A stretch of DNA of 34,554 nt from Planctomycetota bacterium. GTDB lineage: Bacteria > Planctomycetota > UBA11346. Below are positions 20,606 to 29,028 of this stretch, in pieces (within the stretch, counting starts at the first letter, position 1; the number at the start of each line of letters is the position of its first letter). The stretch is from positions 1 to 34,554 of the forward strand of contig JBBQSO010000058.1 in NCBI GenBank assembly GCA_038213805.1. The letters are read 5' to 3'. A program made the position numbers and the translations under genes. The notes under the pieces were generated by a model, which saw only the letters and a program-made list of their open reading frames with translations, searched no databases and was not told where the DNA came from.

Positions 20606-21994
20606 TCACGCGAAGTCCTCGCGCTGCTGCTCACCATCAAAGGCGACGTGGCTGCGCCGCCGTTCCGAGGTGTAGGCCTCGGCGGTGTTGGCCGAGAGGA
20701 TCTCGTAGAGCATCGCGACCTTGCCCGCGCCGGGGCGCAGCAGGCGGCCGAGGCGCTGGACGTGCTCGCGCACGCTGCCCGAGCCGCTGACGATGATGCC
20801 GACGCTGGCCTCGGGCACGTCGACGCCCTCGTTGAGCACCTTGCTGGTCACCAGCACCGGGTAGGTGCCGGTGCGGAAGGCGGCGAGCATCGCCTTGCGC
20901 TCGGGCCCCTTCGTGTGGTGGGTCATCACCGGCAGCACGAAGGTGCGGCCGATCTCGTAGGCGGTGTGGTTGTCCTCGGTGAAGACCAGGGCGCGCTCGC
21001 CGGGGTGCTCGCGCAGCAGTTCCCACACCGCGCGCAGCTTGGCCCGGCTGGCGCGCGAGAGGCGCTTCTGCTCGCGATAGCAGCGCATCGCCGCGCGCCC
21101 CTGCGGATCGCGCGCGGCCGCGGCGATGAAGCGCTGCCAGCCGTCGGGGGCGCCGAAGTCGACGCCGGCGCGGCGCGCGAAGGCGAGGTACTCCTTGCGG
21201 TTCGCGGTGTAGGATTCCTGCTCGTCGGGGTCGAGCGCGACCTCGACGACCTCGGCCTGGTAGTTGGCGAGAAAGCTGCCCTCGAGCTCGCTGATGTGCG
21301 AGCGGTGGACTTCGGGGCCGAGCAGCTCATCAAGGCGCGCGTGCATGCCGTCAGCGCGCTCCGGGGTGGCGGTCAGGCCGAGGCGGAAGGGCGCCAGGCA
21401 GCCCTCGGCCACGCTCGCGGTCACCCCGGCGGGCAGGTGGTGGCACTCGTCGCAGACCAGCAGGCCGAAGCGGTTGCCGTGCCACGGCATCAGCAGCACG
21501 CCGGAATCGTAGGTCGCGACCGTCACCGGCAGCAGGTTCTTCTCGCCCCCGCCGTACTGGCCGACGGCGCGACCGAGGCGGGTCTGCAGGTCGTGCACCC
21601 ACTGCTGCACCAGGTCGATGGTCGGCGCCAGCACCAGGGTCGAACGGTTGCAAGCGAGCATGCAGCGCAGCGCCACGTAGCTCTTGCCGGCGCCGGTGGG
21701 CAGCACCACCACGCCGCGGCGCTGCGCCGCCAGCCAGGCGGCGATCGCCTGCTCCTGATACGCGCGTAGGGCGCGCGGGCGCTCCTCGGCCAGTTCCAGG
21801 ATCTCATAAGCCTTGGCCTGGTCGTCGTAGGGCGCCTTGCCGTGCAGGCGGCGCACCAGTTCGGCGTAGGCGCTGGCCTTGGCGCGGTGGCGCGAGACGC
21901 GCGAGTCCCACACGCACAGGCCCTCGACCAGGGCGGCGTGCTCGCCGAGCTGGTCGAGGGTGAGGGTGCCATCGTCGAAGCGCAGGGTGATCAC
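20606..21994 (-). CDS. XPB/Ssl2-like superfamily 2 DNA helicase
   Basis: LRAYQEQA, LPTGAGKS, DECHH, LGLTATPER, VLNEGVDVP, QRLGRLLR; probable GTG start at 21994. Confidence 0.92.
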   Translation of the reverse strand: MITLRFDDGTLTLDQLGEHAALVEGLCVWDSRVSRHRAKASAYAELVRRLHGKAPYDDQAKAYEILELAEERPRALRAYQEQAIAAWLAAQRRGVVVLPTGAGKSYVALRCMLACNRSTLVLAPTIDLVQQWVHDLQTRLGRAVGQYGGGEKNLLPVTVATYDSGVLLMPWHGNRFGLLVCDECHHLPAGVTASVAEGCLAPFRLGLTATPERADGMHARLDELLGPEVHRSHISELEGSFLANYQAEVVEVALDPDEQESYTANRKEYLAFARRAGVDFGAPDGWQRFIAAAARDPQGRAAMRCYREQKRLSRASRAKLRAVWELLREHPGERALVFTEDNHTAYEIGRTFVLPVMTHHTKGPERKAMLAAFRTGTYPVLVTSKVLNEGVDVPEASVGIIVSGSGSVREHVQRLGRLLRPGAGKVAMLYEILSANTAEAYTSERRRSHVAFDGEQQREDFA

Positions 21995-22125
21995 GCGGCC
22001 GGCATGCTGGCGGCGGATGAGGCCCAGGGAATGGTGAAGGCCGGTGGTCCGGGGCGGCCCGCGCATTGCCTTTGCCGGGAGAGGAGCACGCTCCGCTGCT
22101 CCCGTCGCCGACCTTCGGACCGCCC

Positions 22126-23334
22126 ATGCCCCCAGCCCCCGCCGACCTCGTCGCCCGCTTCGGCTCGCCCCTGTATGTCTACGACCTGGCGGTGGTGCGC
22201 GCCCGCGCCCGCGCCCTGGCCGGCTGCATCTCGTACCAGCCCTTCCAGCCGCTTTACGCGATCAAGGCCAACCCCTGCCCGGCGGTGGTGCGGGCGATCG
22301 TCGCCGAGGGCTATGGCATCGACGCGGTCAGCCCCGGCGAGGTGGCGCTGGCGCTGCGCTGCGGCGTGGCCGCGGACAAGATCCTGTTCACCGAAAACAA
22401 CATGACCGACGCCGAGCAGGCGGAGGCCCTCGCCCAGGGCGTGCTGGTCAACTGCGGCAGCCTCGACCGCCTCGAACGCCTGGCCAAGGCCGGCGCGCGC
22501 ACCGCCTCGGTGCGCTTCAATCCCGACGTCGGCGCGGGCGCACACGAGAAGATCTGCACCGCCGGGCCGATGACCAAGTTCGGCGTGCACTACTCGCAGG
22601 TCGACCAGGTCGCGGCCATCGAGCGCGCCACCGGCATCCAGGTCATCGGCTGCCACATGCACATCGGCAGCGGCATCCTAGACGCCGGGGTCTACGCGCG
22701 CGCCATGGCGGTGATCCTGCAGGTCGCCGCGCGCCTGCCCAACCTGCGCTTCATCGACTTCGGCGGCGGCATCGGCATCCCCTACCGGGCCGACCAGCAG
22801 CCCATGGATCTGGCTGCGCTCGGCGCCAAGGCCAGCGAGCTGATGGCCGCCTTCGCCGCATCCTACGGCCGGCCGCTGGAGCTGCGCCTCGAGCCCGGCC
22901 GCTTCCTGGTCGCCGAGGCCGGCACGCTGCTGACCACGGTCACCAGCGTGAAGACCAATCCCGATACCGCCGCCGCCACAGGCCGCACCTACGTCGGCTG
23001 CGACACCGGCTTCAACCACCTGGTGCGGGTCGCGATGTACGAGGCTTTTCACCGCATCGACAATCTTACCCGCCCGGATGCGGCGCCCGCCGAGGTCGAT
23101 GTGGTCGGCAACATCTGCGAGAGCGGCGACGTCTTCGCGCGCGCCCGCAGCCTGCCCGCCCCGCACCTCGGCGACCTGCTCGCCCTGCGCGACGCCGGCG
23201 CCTACGGCACCGCCATGGCCAGCACCTACAACACCCGCCCGCTGCCCGCCGAGGTCGTCATCGACGGCGACCAGGTGCGCCTCGCCCGCCGCCGCCAGAC
23301 GGTGGATGAGCTGCTCGATGCGTGGGCATGGTGA
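22126..23334 (+). CDS. lysA: Diaminopimelate decarboxylase
   Basis: GSPLYVYD, YAIKAN (PLP lysine), TKFG, HMHIGS, DFGGG, EPGRFLV, GNICESGD, GAYGTAMASTYN. Confidence 0.93.
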   Translation: MPPAPADLVARFGSPLYVYDLAVVRARARALAGCISYQPFQPLYAIKANPCPAVVRAIVAEGYGIDAVSPGEVALALRCGVAADKILFTENNMTDAEQAEALAQGVLVNCGSLDRLERLAKAGARTASVRFNPDVGAGAHEKICTAGPMTKFGVHYSQVDQVAAIERATGIQVIGCHMHIGSGILDAGVYARAMAVILQVAARLPNLRFIDFGGGIGIPYRADQQPMDLAALGAKASELMAAFAASYGRPLELRLEPGRFLVAEAGTLLTTVTSVKTNPDTAAATGRTYVGCDTGFNHLVRVAMYEAFHRIDNLTRPDAAPAEVDVVGNICESGDVFARARSLPAPHLGDLLALRDAGAYGTAMASTYNTRPLPAEVVIDGDQVRLARRRQTVDELLDAWAW

Positions 23335-23433
23335 GTCTGATAACACCACGTCCGGAACGGCGTATGCACTGAACCACGCCACCGGGCCAGACTCCAATGC
23401 CGCCCGCTGGTGACCGTGGTTTCCGGCTTCTGT

Positions 23434-23483
23434 CGCTTCTCGCTTCTCGCTTCTCGCTTCTCGCTTCTCGCTTCTCGCAACGG
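23434..23483 (+). repeat. Tandem heptamer (CGCTTCT) x6 followed by CGCAACGG
   Basis: Six exact copies at 23434-23475. Confidence 0.95.
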
Positions 23484-23576
23484 ATCTCGCTCCGCAACGT
23501 TGACATGCATCCACACGAGGTTTTCCTCGTGCCCCGCATCCCGCGTCTGCCCACCCCAACCCCCCTCCCGCACCTT

Positions 23577-24659
23577 ATGGCCACCATCGGCATCGCGCTC
23601 ATCGGCACCGGCGGCATCGCCCTGGCCAACCACCTCCCCGGCATCGCCCTCTGCCCCGAGGCGCGGGTCGTCGCGTTGTGCGATGCACATCCCGGCGCGC
23701 TCGAGCGCGCCAAGGCCGCGACCGGCGTCAGCGTGGCCACCACCGACTACCGCGAAATCCTCACGCGCGACGACGTCCACGCGGTGATCATCTGCACGCC
23801 CAACGACGTGCACGCGCCGCTGTCGATCGCCGCGGCCAAGGCCGGCAAGCACGTGCTGTGCGAGAAGCCGCTGGCCATGGATCTCGCCGAGTCGCGGGCG
23901 ATGCTCGCCGCCGCCGAGGCCGCCAAGGTCCGGCACATGACCGCCTTCACCTACCGCTTCGTGCCGGCGATGGTCTACATGACCCATCTGGTGCGCAGCG
24001 GCGCGCTCGGCACGCCCTGGCACTTCCGCGCCCAGCGCTTCCAGGACTGGGGCCGGCGCAATCTTGGCTGGCGGCAGATCAAGGCGCATGCCGCGACCGG
24101 CGAGCTCGGCGACATGCTCTCGCACCGCATCGATTTCGGCTTCCTGCTCGCGGGCCGGCTGGCGCGCGTGGTCGCGCAGACGCGCAAGCTGGTCAGCCAC
24201 CGCGAGGGTGTGCCGTCCGAGCTCGACGACTGGGTCGGCATGCTCGGCGAGTTTGCCAGCGGCACCACCGGCGTGTGGGAGAGCACCAAGCTCGCCACCG
24301 GCCGCGGCGAAGGCGGGCGCAGCCACGACGTCTGCGAGGTCAACGGCAGCGAGGGCACCGCGGTCTACGAGCAGGGCCGCCCACACGAGATCCTCATCGG
24401 CCGCGCTGGCGGCCGCGAGCTGCGCCGCGAGCCGGTGCCACGCGAGTTCCAGACCTGGCCGGGCAGCAGCCGCGATCCCGCGGTCGGCGACCCCATCACC
24501 ACCTTCCGCTACGATCAGGACGTCGAGTTCATCCACGCCATCCGCGACGGCCGTCCGTGCTTCTCGTCCTTCGTCGACGGCGTCCGCACCCAGGCCGCGA
24601 TGGAGGCCGTGCTGCTGTCGGAGCGCACGGGACGCTGGGAGGATGTTCCCGAGGTTTGA
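23577..24659 (+). CDS. Gfo/Idh/MocA family oxidoreductase
   Basis: IALIGTGGIA, ICTPNDVH, HVLCEKPLA, GELGDMLSHRID. Confidence 0.92.
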   Translation: MATIGIALIGTGGIALANHLPGIALCPEARVVALCDAHPGALERAKAATGVSVATTDYREILTRDDVHAVIICTPNDVHAPLSIAAAKAGKHVLCEKPLAMDLAESRAMLAAAEAAKVRHMTAFTYRFVPAMVYMTHLVRSGALGTPWHFRAQRFQDWGRRNLGWRQIKAHAATGELGDMLSHRIDFGFLLAGRLARVVAQTRKLVSHREGVPSELDDWVGMLGEFASGTTGVWESTKLATGRGEGGRSHDVCEVNGSEGTAVYEQGRPHEILIGRAGGRELRREPVPREFQTWPGSSRDPAVGDPITTFRYDQDVEFIHAIRDGRPCFSSFVDGVRTQAAMEAVLLSERTGRWEDVPEV

Positions 24660-24662
24660 CCG

Positions 24663-24684
24663 CGCTTCTCGCTTCTCGCAACGG
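24663..24684 (+). repeat. (CGCTTCT) x2 followed by CGCAACGG; identical to 23462-23483
   Basis: 22-bp exact direct repeat starting 4 bp after the Gfo stop. Confidence 0.85.
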
Positions 24685-24757
24685 CCCACACCGCAATCCG
24701 TTGATCTGTCTGTGCACGTGATGTGCCACACAACTCGCGCTTCCCGAGGAACTCCGC

Positions 24758-25474
24758 ATGTCCCAAGACCAGATCGCCATCGTCACCGGAGCCGGCACCG
24801 GCGTGGGCCGGGCCACCGCCATCGCGCTGGCCAAGCGCGGCTGGAAGGTCGCCATCCTGGGTCGCACCCAGGCGACGCTGGATGAGACCGCGGCGCTCTG
24901 CGCAGCGGGCGAGCACGTGGTCGCGCACGTCGTCGACGTCGGCCGCAACGACCAGGTCGAGCGCGCGGTGGCGGCGGTGAGCGCGCAGTGGGGGCGGGTC
25001 GACGTGCTGGTCTGCGCGGCGGGCACCAACACCCCGCAGCGCAGCATCGCGGCGGTCAGCCTGGAGAAATACCACGAACTGGTCGACGCCAACCTGCACG
25101 GCAGCTTCTACGCGGCGCGCGCGGTGCTGCCCGGCATGCGCAACCGCCGCCGCGGTCTGATCGTCACCGTGGTTTCGATCGCCGGCAAGAAGGCCAGCGC
25201 GCTTTCGGGCGTGGGCTACGTGGTCTCGAAGTTCGGTCAGGGCGGCCTGACCCAGGCGATCAACGCCGAGGAGAACGCCAACGGCATCCGCGCCTGCGCG
25301 GTCTACCCCGGCGACATCGACACGCCCATCCTGCTCAAGCGCCCGAACATGCCCCCGCCCGAGGCACGCGCCAACATGCTCACCGCCGACGACGTCGCCG
25401 CCTGCGTGATGCTCGCGGTCGACCTGCCTGAGCGCGCGGTCATCGACGAGATCGTCGTCAGGCCGCGGATATGA
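24758..25474 (+). CDS. Short-chain dehydrogenase/reductase
   Basis: TGAGTGVG, YVVSK (YxxxK), YPGDIDTP. Confidence 0.93.
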   Translation: MSQDQIAIVTGAGTGVGRATAIALAKRGWKVAILGRTQATLDETAALCAAGEHVVAHVVDVGRNDQVERAVAAVSAQWGRVDVLVCAAGTNTPQRSIAAVSLEKYHELVDANLHGSFYAARAVLPGMRNRRRGLIVTVVSIAGKKASALSGVGYVVSKFGQGGLTQAINAEENANGIRACAVYPGDIDTPILLKRPNMPPPEARANMLTADDVAACVMLAVDLPERAVIDEIVVRPRI

Positions 25475-26790
25475 AGGGGCCGGGGGCGGCGTCTGAAACG
25501 GTGGCGGCGGTACCGGTACCACCGGGCGTGGACCCCGCGGCCGTCTACCGCAAGGCGACGTGGCGCATCATCCCGCTGCTGTTCGTCCTGTACATTGCCT
25601 CCTTCCTCGATCGCGTGAACCTCAACCACGCGGAAACGCCGTTCTGCGCCGCCCTCGGTCTCGACAAGGCGACCTACGGCGTCGGCGCCGGGCTGTTCTT
25701 CATCGGCTACCTGCTCTCGCAGGTGCCCAGCAACATGATCATGGTCCGCCTGGGCCCGCGCCGCTGGATCGCCTGCATCATGGTCGCTTGGGGGCTGATC
25801 TCCGGCGCTATGGCCTTCGCGACCGGCACGTACTCCTTCTTCGGGTTGCGCTTCCTGCTCGGATTCGCCGAAGCCGGGTTCTTCCCGGGCATGCTGCTCT
25901 ACCTGACCTATTGGTTCCCCTCGACCATGCGCGCGCAGATGGTGGGGCGCTTCATGACCGCGATCGCGGTCGCTCAGGTCGTCGGCTCGTCGCTGTCGAG
26001 CCAGTTGATGAAGCTCGACGGAACCGCCGGCCTGCACGGTTGGCAGTGGCTCTTCCTGCTCGAAGCGCTGCCCTCGGTCCTGCTCGTCGCGGTGGTGCTG
26101 AAGTCCATGCTCAATGCGCCAGTCGAAGCGCGCTGGCTGAGTCGGGACGAGTCGACGTGGCTCGACGCGGAGTTGAGCGCCGATCGCGCGCGCGTGGCAG
26201 CCGTCGGGCGCTACGATCTGCGCGCCGCTTTCACTGAGCCGCGCGTCTACGTGCTGATGATCATCTACTTCGCCGACTGCCTCGCCAACTACGGCACGAC
26301 CTTCTCGATGACCAGCCTGATCGAGGAGAGCGGCAAGATCGACCACATCACCGCCATCTGGCTGACCGCCATCCCCTACACCTGCGCAACGATCGCGATG
26401 ATCGTGGTCGGCTGGAACAGCGACCGCACGCGCAGCCCGCGCGCGCACGTCATCGCCCCCTACCTGATCGGCGCTGCGGCCTTTATGACCGCCACGCTCT
26501 TCATGACCCAGCCGGTGCCATTCATCATTTGCGCCAGCATCGGCACGGCCGCGGTCTACAGCGCCCTCGGTCCCTTCTGGGCCCTGCCCTCGACCTTCCT
26601 CGCCGGCCCCGCTGCCGTCGCCGGCATCGCGCTTATCAACTCCGTCGGCAACCTCGGCGGTTTCGTCGGCCCTCTGCTCAAGGGGCGGTTCACACCGACG
26701 ATCTGGTTCTTCATCGCCGCAGGCTTCCTGATCGTCGGCGCCCTGGTGACCATGCGCCTGCGCCTGCCCCGGCAGGGTGGCGACCGCTGA
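25471..26790 (+). CDS. MFS transporter (anion:cation symporter type, tartrate/sugar-acid transporter-like)
   Basis: WRIIPLL..FLDRVN, QVPSN, RFLLGFAEAGFFPG, GWQWLFLLEALP, INSVGNLGGFVGP; ATGA overlap with the SDR gene. Confidence 0.92.
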   Translation: MKGPGAASETVAAVPVPPGVDPAAVYRKATWRIIPLLFVLYIASFLDRVNLNHAETPFCAALGLDKATYGVGAGLFFIGYLLSQVPSNMIMVRLGPRRWIACIMVAWGLISGAMAFATGTYSFFGLRFLLGFAEAGFFPGMLLYLTYWFPSTMRAQMVGRFMTAIAVAQVVGSSLSSQLMKLDGTAGLHGWQWLFLLEALPSVLLVAVVLKSMLNAPVEARWLSRDESTWLDAELSADRARVAAVGRYDLRAAFTEPRVYVLMIIYFADCLANYGTTFSMTSLIEESGKIDHITAIWLTAIPYTCATIAMIVVGWNSDRTRSPRAHVIAPYLIGAAAFMTATLFMTQPVPFIICASIGTAAVYSALGPFWALPSTFLAGPAAVAGIALINSVGNLGGFVGPLLKGRFTPTIWFFIAAGFLIVGALVTMRLRLPRQGGDR

Positions 26791-26870
26791 GCGCTCTGCC
26801 GATCCCGACCTGTGCATCCCGGGTCGCAGGCGCGCCTTCAGAACAGATCCGTGGAGAGGCGTGAAGTCGT

Positions 26871-26942
26871 CCTGGGAGCGCCGAGCCCCAGCTCGGCCGG
26901 CTGCGTGTCTTTCGAGCCGAGCTGGGGCTCGGCGCACCCAGG
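26871..26942. repeat. REPIN-like inverted doublet of REP-type palindromes
   Basis: 27-bp inverted arms with one mismatch; each arm contains GG(A/T)G-C-GCCGAGC-CCCA-GCTCGGC with its own internal hairpin. Confidence 0.75.
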
Positions 26943-27065
26943 TGGGGTGCCGCCCTGCGGGAGGGCAGATAGTTGGTAATACCCCCCTCTTCCCGAGGAA
27001 TACTCCCCGCACCGCCAGCGCCCCGGACACCCCGTCCGCCGCCCTGCCCCGTGTGAGGATCGCCC

Positions 27066-27665
27066 GTGCCCCCACCCAGCGCCGATCGCGACCTGCCCGA
27101 GGGCGGCGACACCGCCCTGCTCGATGGGCTGGCGCGGCGTATCCAGAGTGGCGACCACGATGCCTTCATGGCCCTGGTCGAGGCCACCGAACGGGACCTG
27201 CGCATTTTCGCAACCATATATGCGACAAGTCTTTCGATGGTCGATGAGGTAGTCCAGGCAACCTACGTCACGTGCTTTGAGAGCATCGCCAACTACCAGC
27301 CGCGCGGTACCCTGCGCGCCTGGCTGAAGGGCATCGCCCGGCACAAGCTGCTGAAGGACCTGCGCGAGCGCTCGCGCCAGTGCACCCTCGACGGCGAGGT
27401 CCTGGAACAGCTTCTGGCCCAGGCCGGGACGCGCGATCTCGAACAGCCCGACGACGGCACCGAAGAGCGCGTGGCACGCCTGCAGGCCTGCCTGGAGGAA
27501 CTCGCTCCTGAGGCCCGCCGCCTGATCCGCGAGCGTTACTACGAGGACCGTGCGGTGAATGACATCGCGCGCCTGCTCGAGCGTTCGGCGAGCTGGGTGG
27601 CGGTGACGCTGTTCCGCATCCGCAAGACCCTGCTGGTCTGCATCCGCCAGGGCGGTGCCACATGA
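27066..27665 (+). CDS. ECF-type sigma-70 factor
   Basis: Region 2 (DEVVQATYV..AWLKGIAR) and region 4 (LQACLEEL..IARLL..VTLFRIRKTL). Confidence 0.9.
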   Translation: MPPPSADRDLPEGGDTALLDGLARRIQSGDHDAFMALVEATERDLRIFATIYATSLSMVDEVVQATYVTCFESIANYQPRGTLRAWLKGIARHKLLKDLRERSRQCTLDGEVLEQLLAQAGTRDLEQPDDGTEERVARLQACLEELAPEARRLIRERYYEDRAVNDIARLLERSASWVAVTLFRIRKTLLVCIRQGGAT

Positions 27666-28987
27666 GCGATCCCGGGGATGGCGATGATGTCAGCGAGTCG
27701 ATTGCCGGACTGATCGCTGCATACATCGAGGGCACCCTCGGCGAGGCCGCGCGCCAGCGCCTGATCACGTGGGTGCAGGCCGATCCGGACCATGCTGCGA
27801 CATTCTCCGCTCAGGTGCGCCTGCACCTCACCCTCACCGGGCTGCTGCGGCCCGACCTCTCCGAAAATGTGCTGCGCCGGGCGCGTCTGATCCCTGGTTC
27901 GTTCGCCGCGGCGCGCGTGCGCCGGGTGGTGGACTCGACACGGTCGCTCACCGGCCAGCGCGCGCGCCGGCGGCCAGCGTCGCGCCGCTGGCTGGTGGCG
28001 GCGCTGGTCCTGATCCTTGTCGGAGCAGGGGCAGGCGCACTGCTGATCGACGCCCGAAACGACGCCGGCCTGCCCAGCAGCGCGGTGCTCGCCGCCACCA
28101 CCCTCGAGACACGCGTCGAGCGCGGCGGCAAGACGTTGACCATCGCCGAGGGCGGCGCGCTGCGCCAGGGCGACGTGCTGGTGACCGGCGAGCACGGCCC
28201 GGCGGCGCTGGCGTTCAGCGGCGAGAGCACGCGCATCGACACCGAGGCGAACACCCGCCTGACCGTGCTCGCTGGACCGGGCAAGCGCCTGCGCTTGGAC
28301 AGCGGTACGGTGCACGTGCAGGCCGCCCCGCAGCCGGCCGGCCGGCCGCTGGTGATCTCCACCCCGCGCACCGACGTGACCGTGGTCGGCACCGTCTTCG
28401 ACGTGGTCGCCTCACCGGTCGCAACCTGGCTCGACGTACGCAGCGGCACGGTGCAGCTCGGACGCGCCGGCGATGGCACCCCGTTCGCGGTCGGCGCCGG
28501 CCAGCGCGCGCTCGCCGGGGACGTGCTCAGCGTGGTGCCCGCCGACCACGGCAGCGGGCTGCTCGGCGCGTACTACAGCGGCAGCTCGTTCGAGACCCTG
28601 GTGCTGGAGCGCATCGACCCGCGCATCGACTTCGACTGGCGGGACCGCGGCCCGGCCGCCGGCGTCGAGATCGCGCACTTCTCGGTGCGCTGGACCGGCG
28701 AGATCGAGGCGCCGCGCGACGGCACCTACACCTTCTACCTGCCCTCCGACGACGGCGTGCGGCTGTGGCTCGACGGCGAACTGGTGTTCGACAACTGGCG
28801 CATCCAGAGCTTCGTGCGCAGCGCCTCGCACCACGCCGCACACGCGCTGAAGGCCGGGCACCGCGCGCGCATCCGCCTCGACTACTTCGAGTACGAGCAC
28901 CTCGCCGCCGTGCAGCTGGAGTGGGCCGGCCCAGGCCTGCCGCGCCAGGTCATCGACTCCGCCGCGCTTTATCCGCTGCCGCGCTGA
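27662..28987 (+). CDS. Anti-sigma-like membrane protein with FecR and PA14 domains
   Basis: ATGA-coupled to the ECF sigma; one TM; FecR-like LRLDSGTV..STPRTDVTVVGTVF; PA14 GLLGAYY..RIDPRIDFDW..FSVRWTG..SDDGVRLWLDG. Confidence 0.88.
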   Translation: MSDPGDGDDVSESIAGLIAAYIEGTLGEAARQRLITWVQADPDHAATFSAQVRLHLTLTGLLRPDLSENVLRRARLIPGSFAAARVRRVVDSTRSLTGQRARRRPASRRWLVAALVLILVGAGAGALLIDARNDAGLPSSAVLAATTLETRVERGGKTLTIAEGGALRQGDVLVTGEHGPAALAFSGESTRIDTEANTRLTVLAGPGKRLRLDSGTVHVQAAPQPAGRPLVISTPRTDVTVVGTVFDVVASPVATWLDVRSGTVQLGRAGDGTPFAVGAGQRALAGDVLSVVPADHGSGLLGAYYSGSSFETLVLERIDPRIDFDWRDRGPAAGVEIAHFSVRWTGEIEAPRDGTYTFYLPSDDGVRLWLDGELVFDNWRIQSFVRSASHHAAHALKAGHRARIRLDYFEYEHLAAVQLEWAGPGLPRQVIDSAALYPLPR

Positions 28988-29028
28988 TCAGCCCTGCCCA
29001 TCCAGACCCCGCCGCGAAAGGCCCCGCC

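Noticed and set aside
27769..29028. Apparent 1763-aa giant ORF starting at 27769
   Set aside because: The first 420 aa are an Arg/Ala-rich off-frame shadow of the FecR-PA14 gene; the real protein starts with a signal peptide at 29029.
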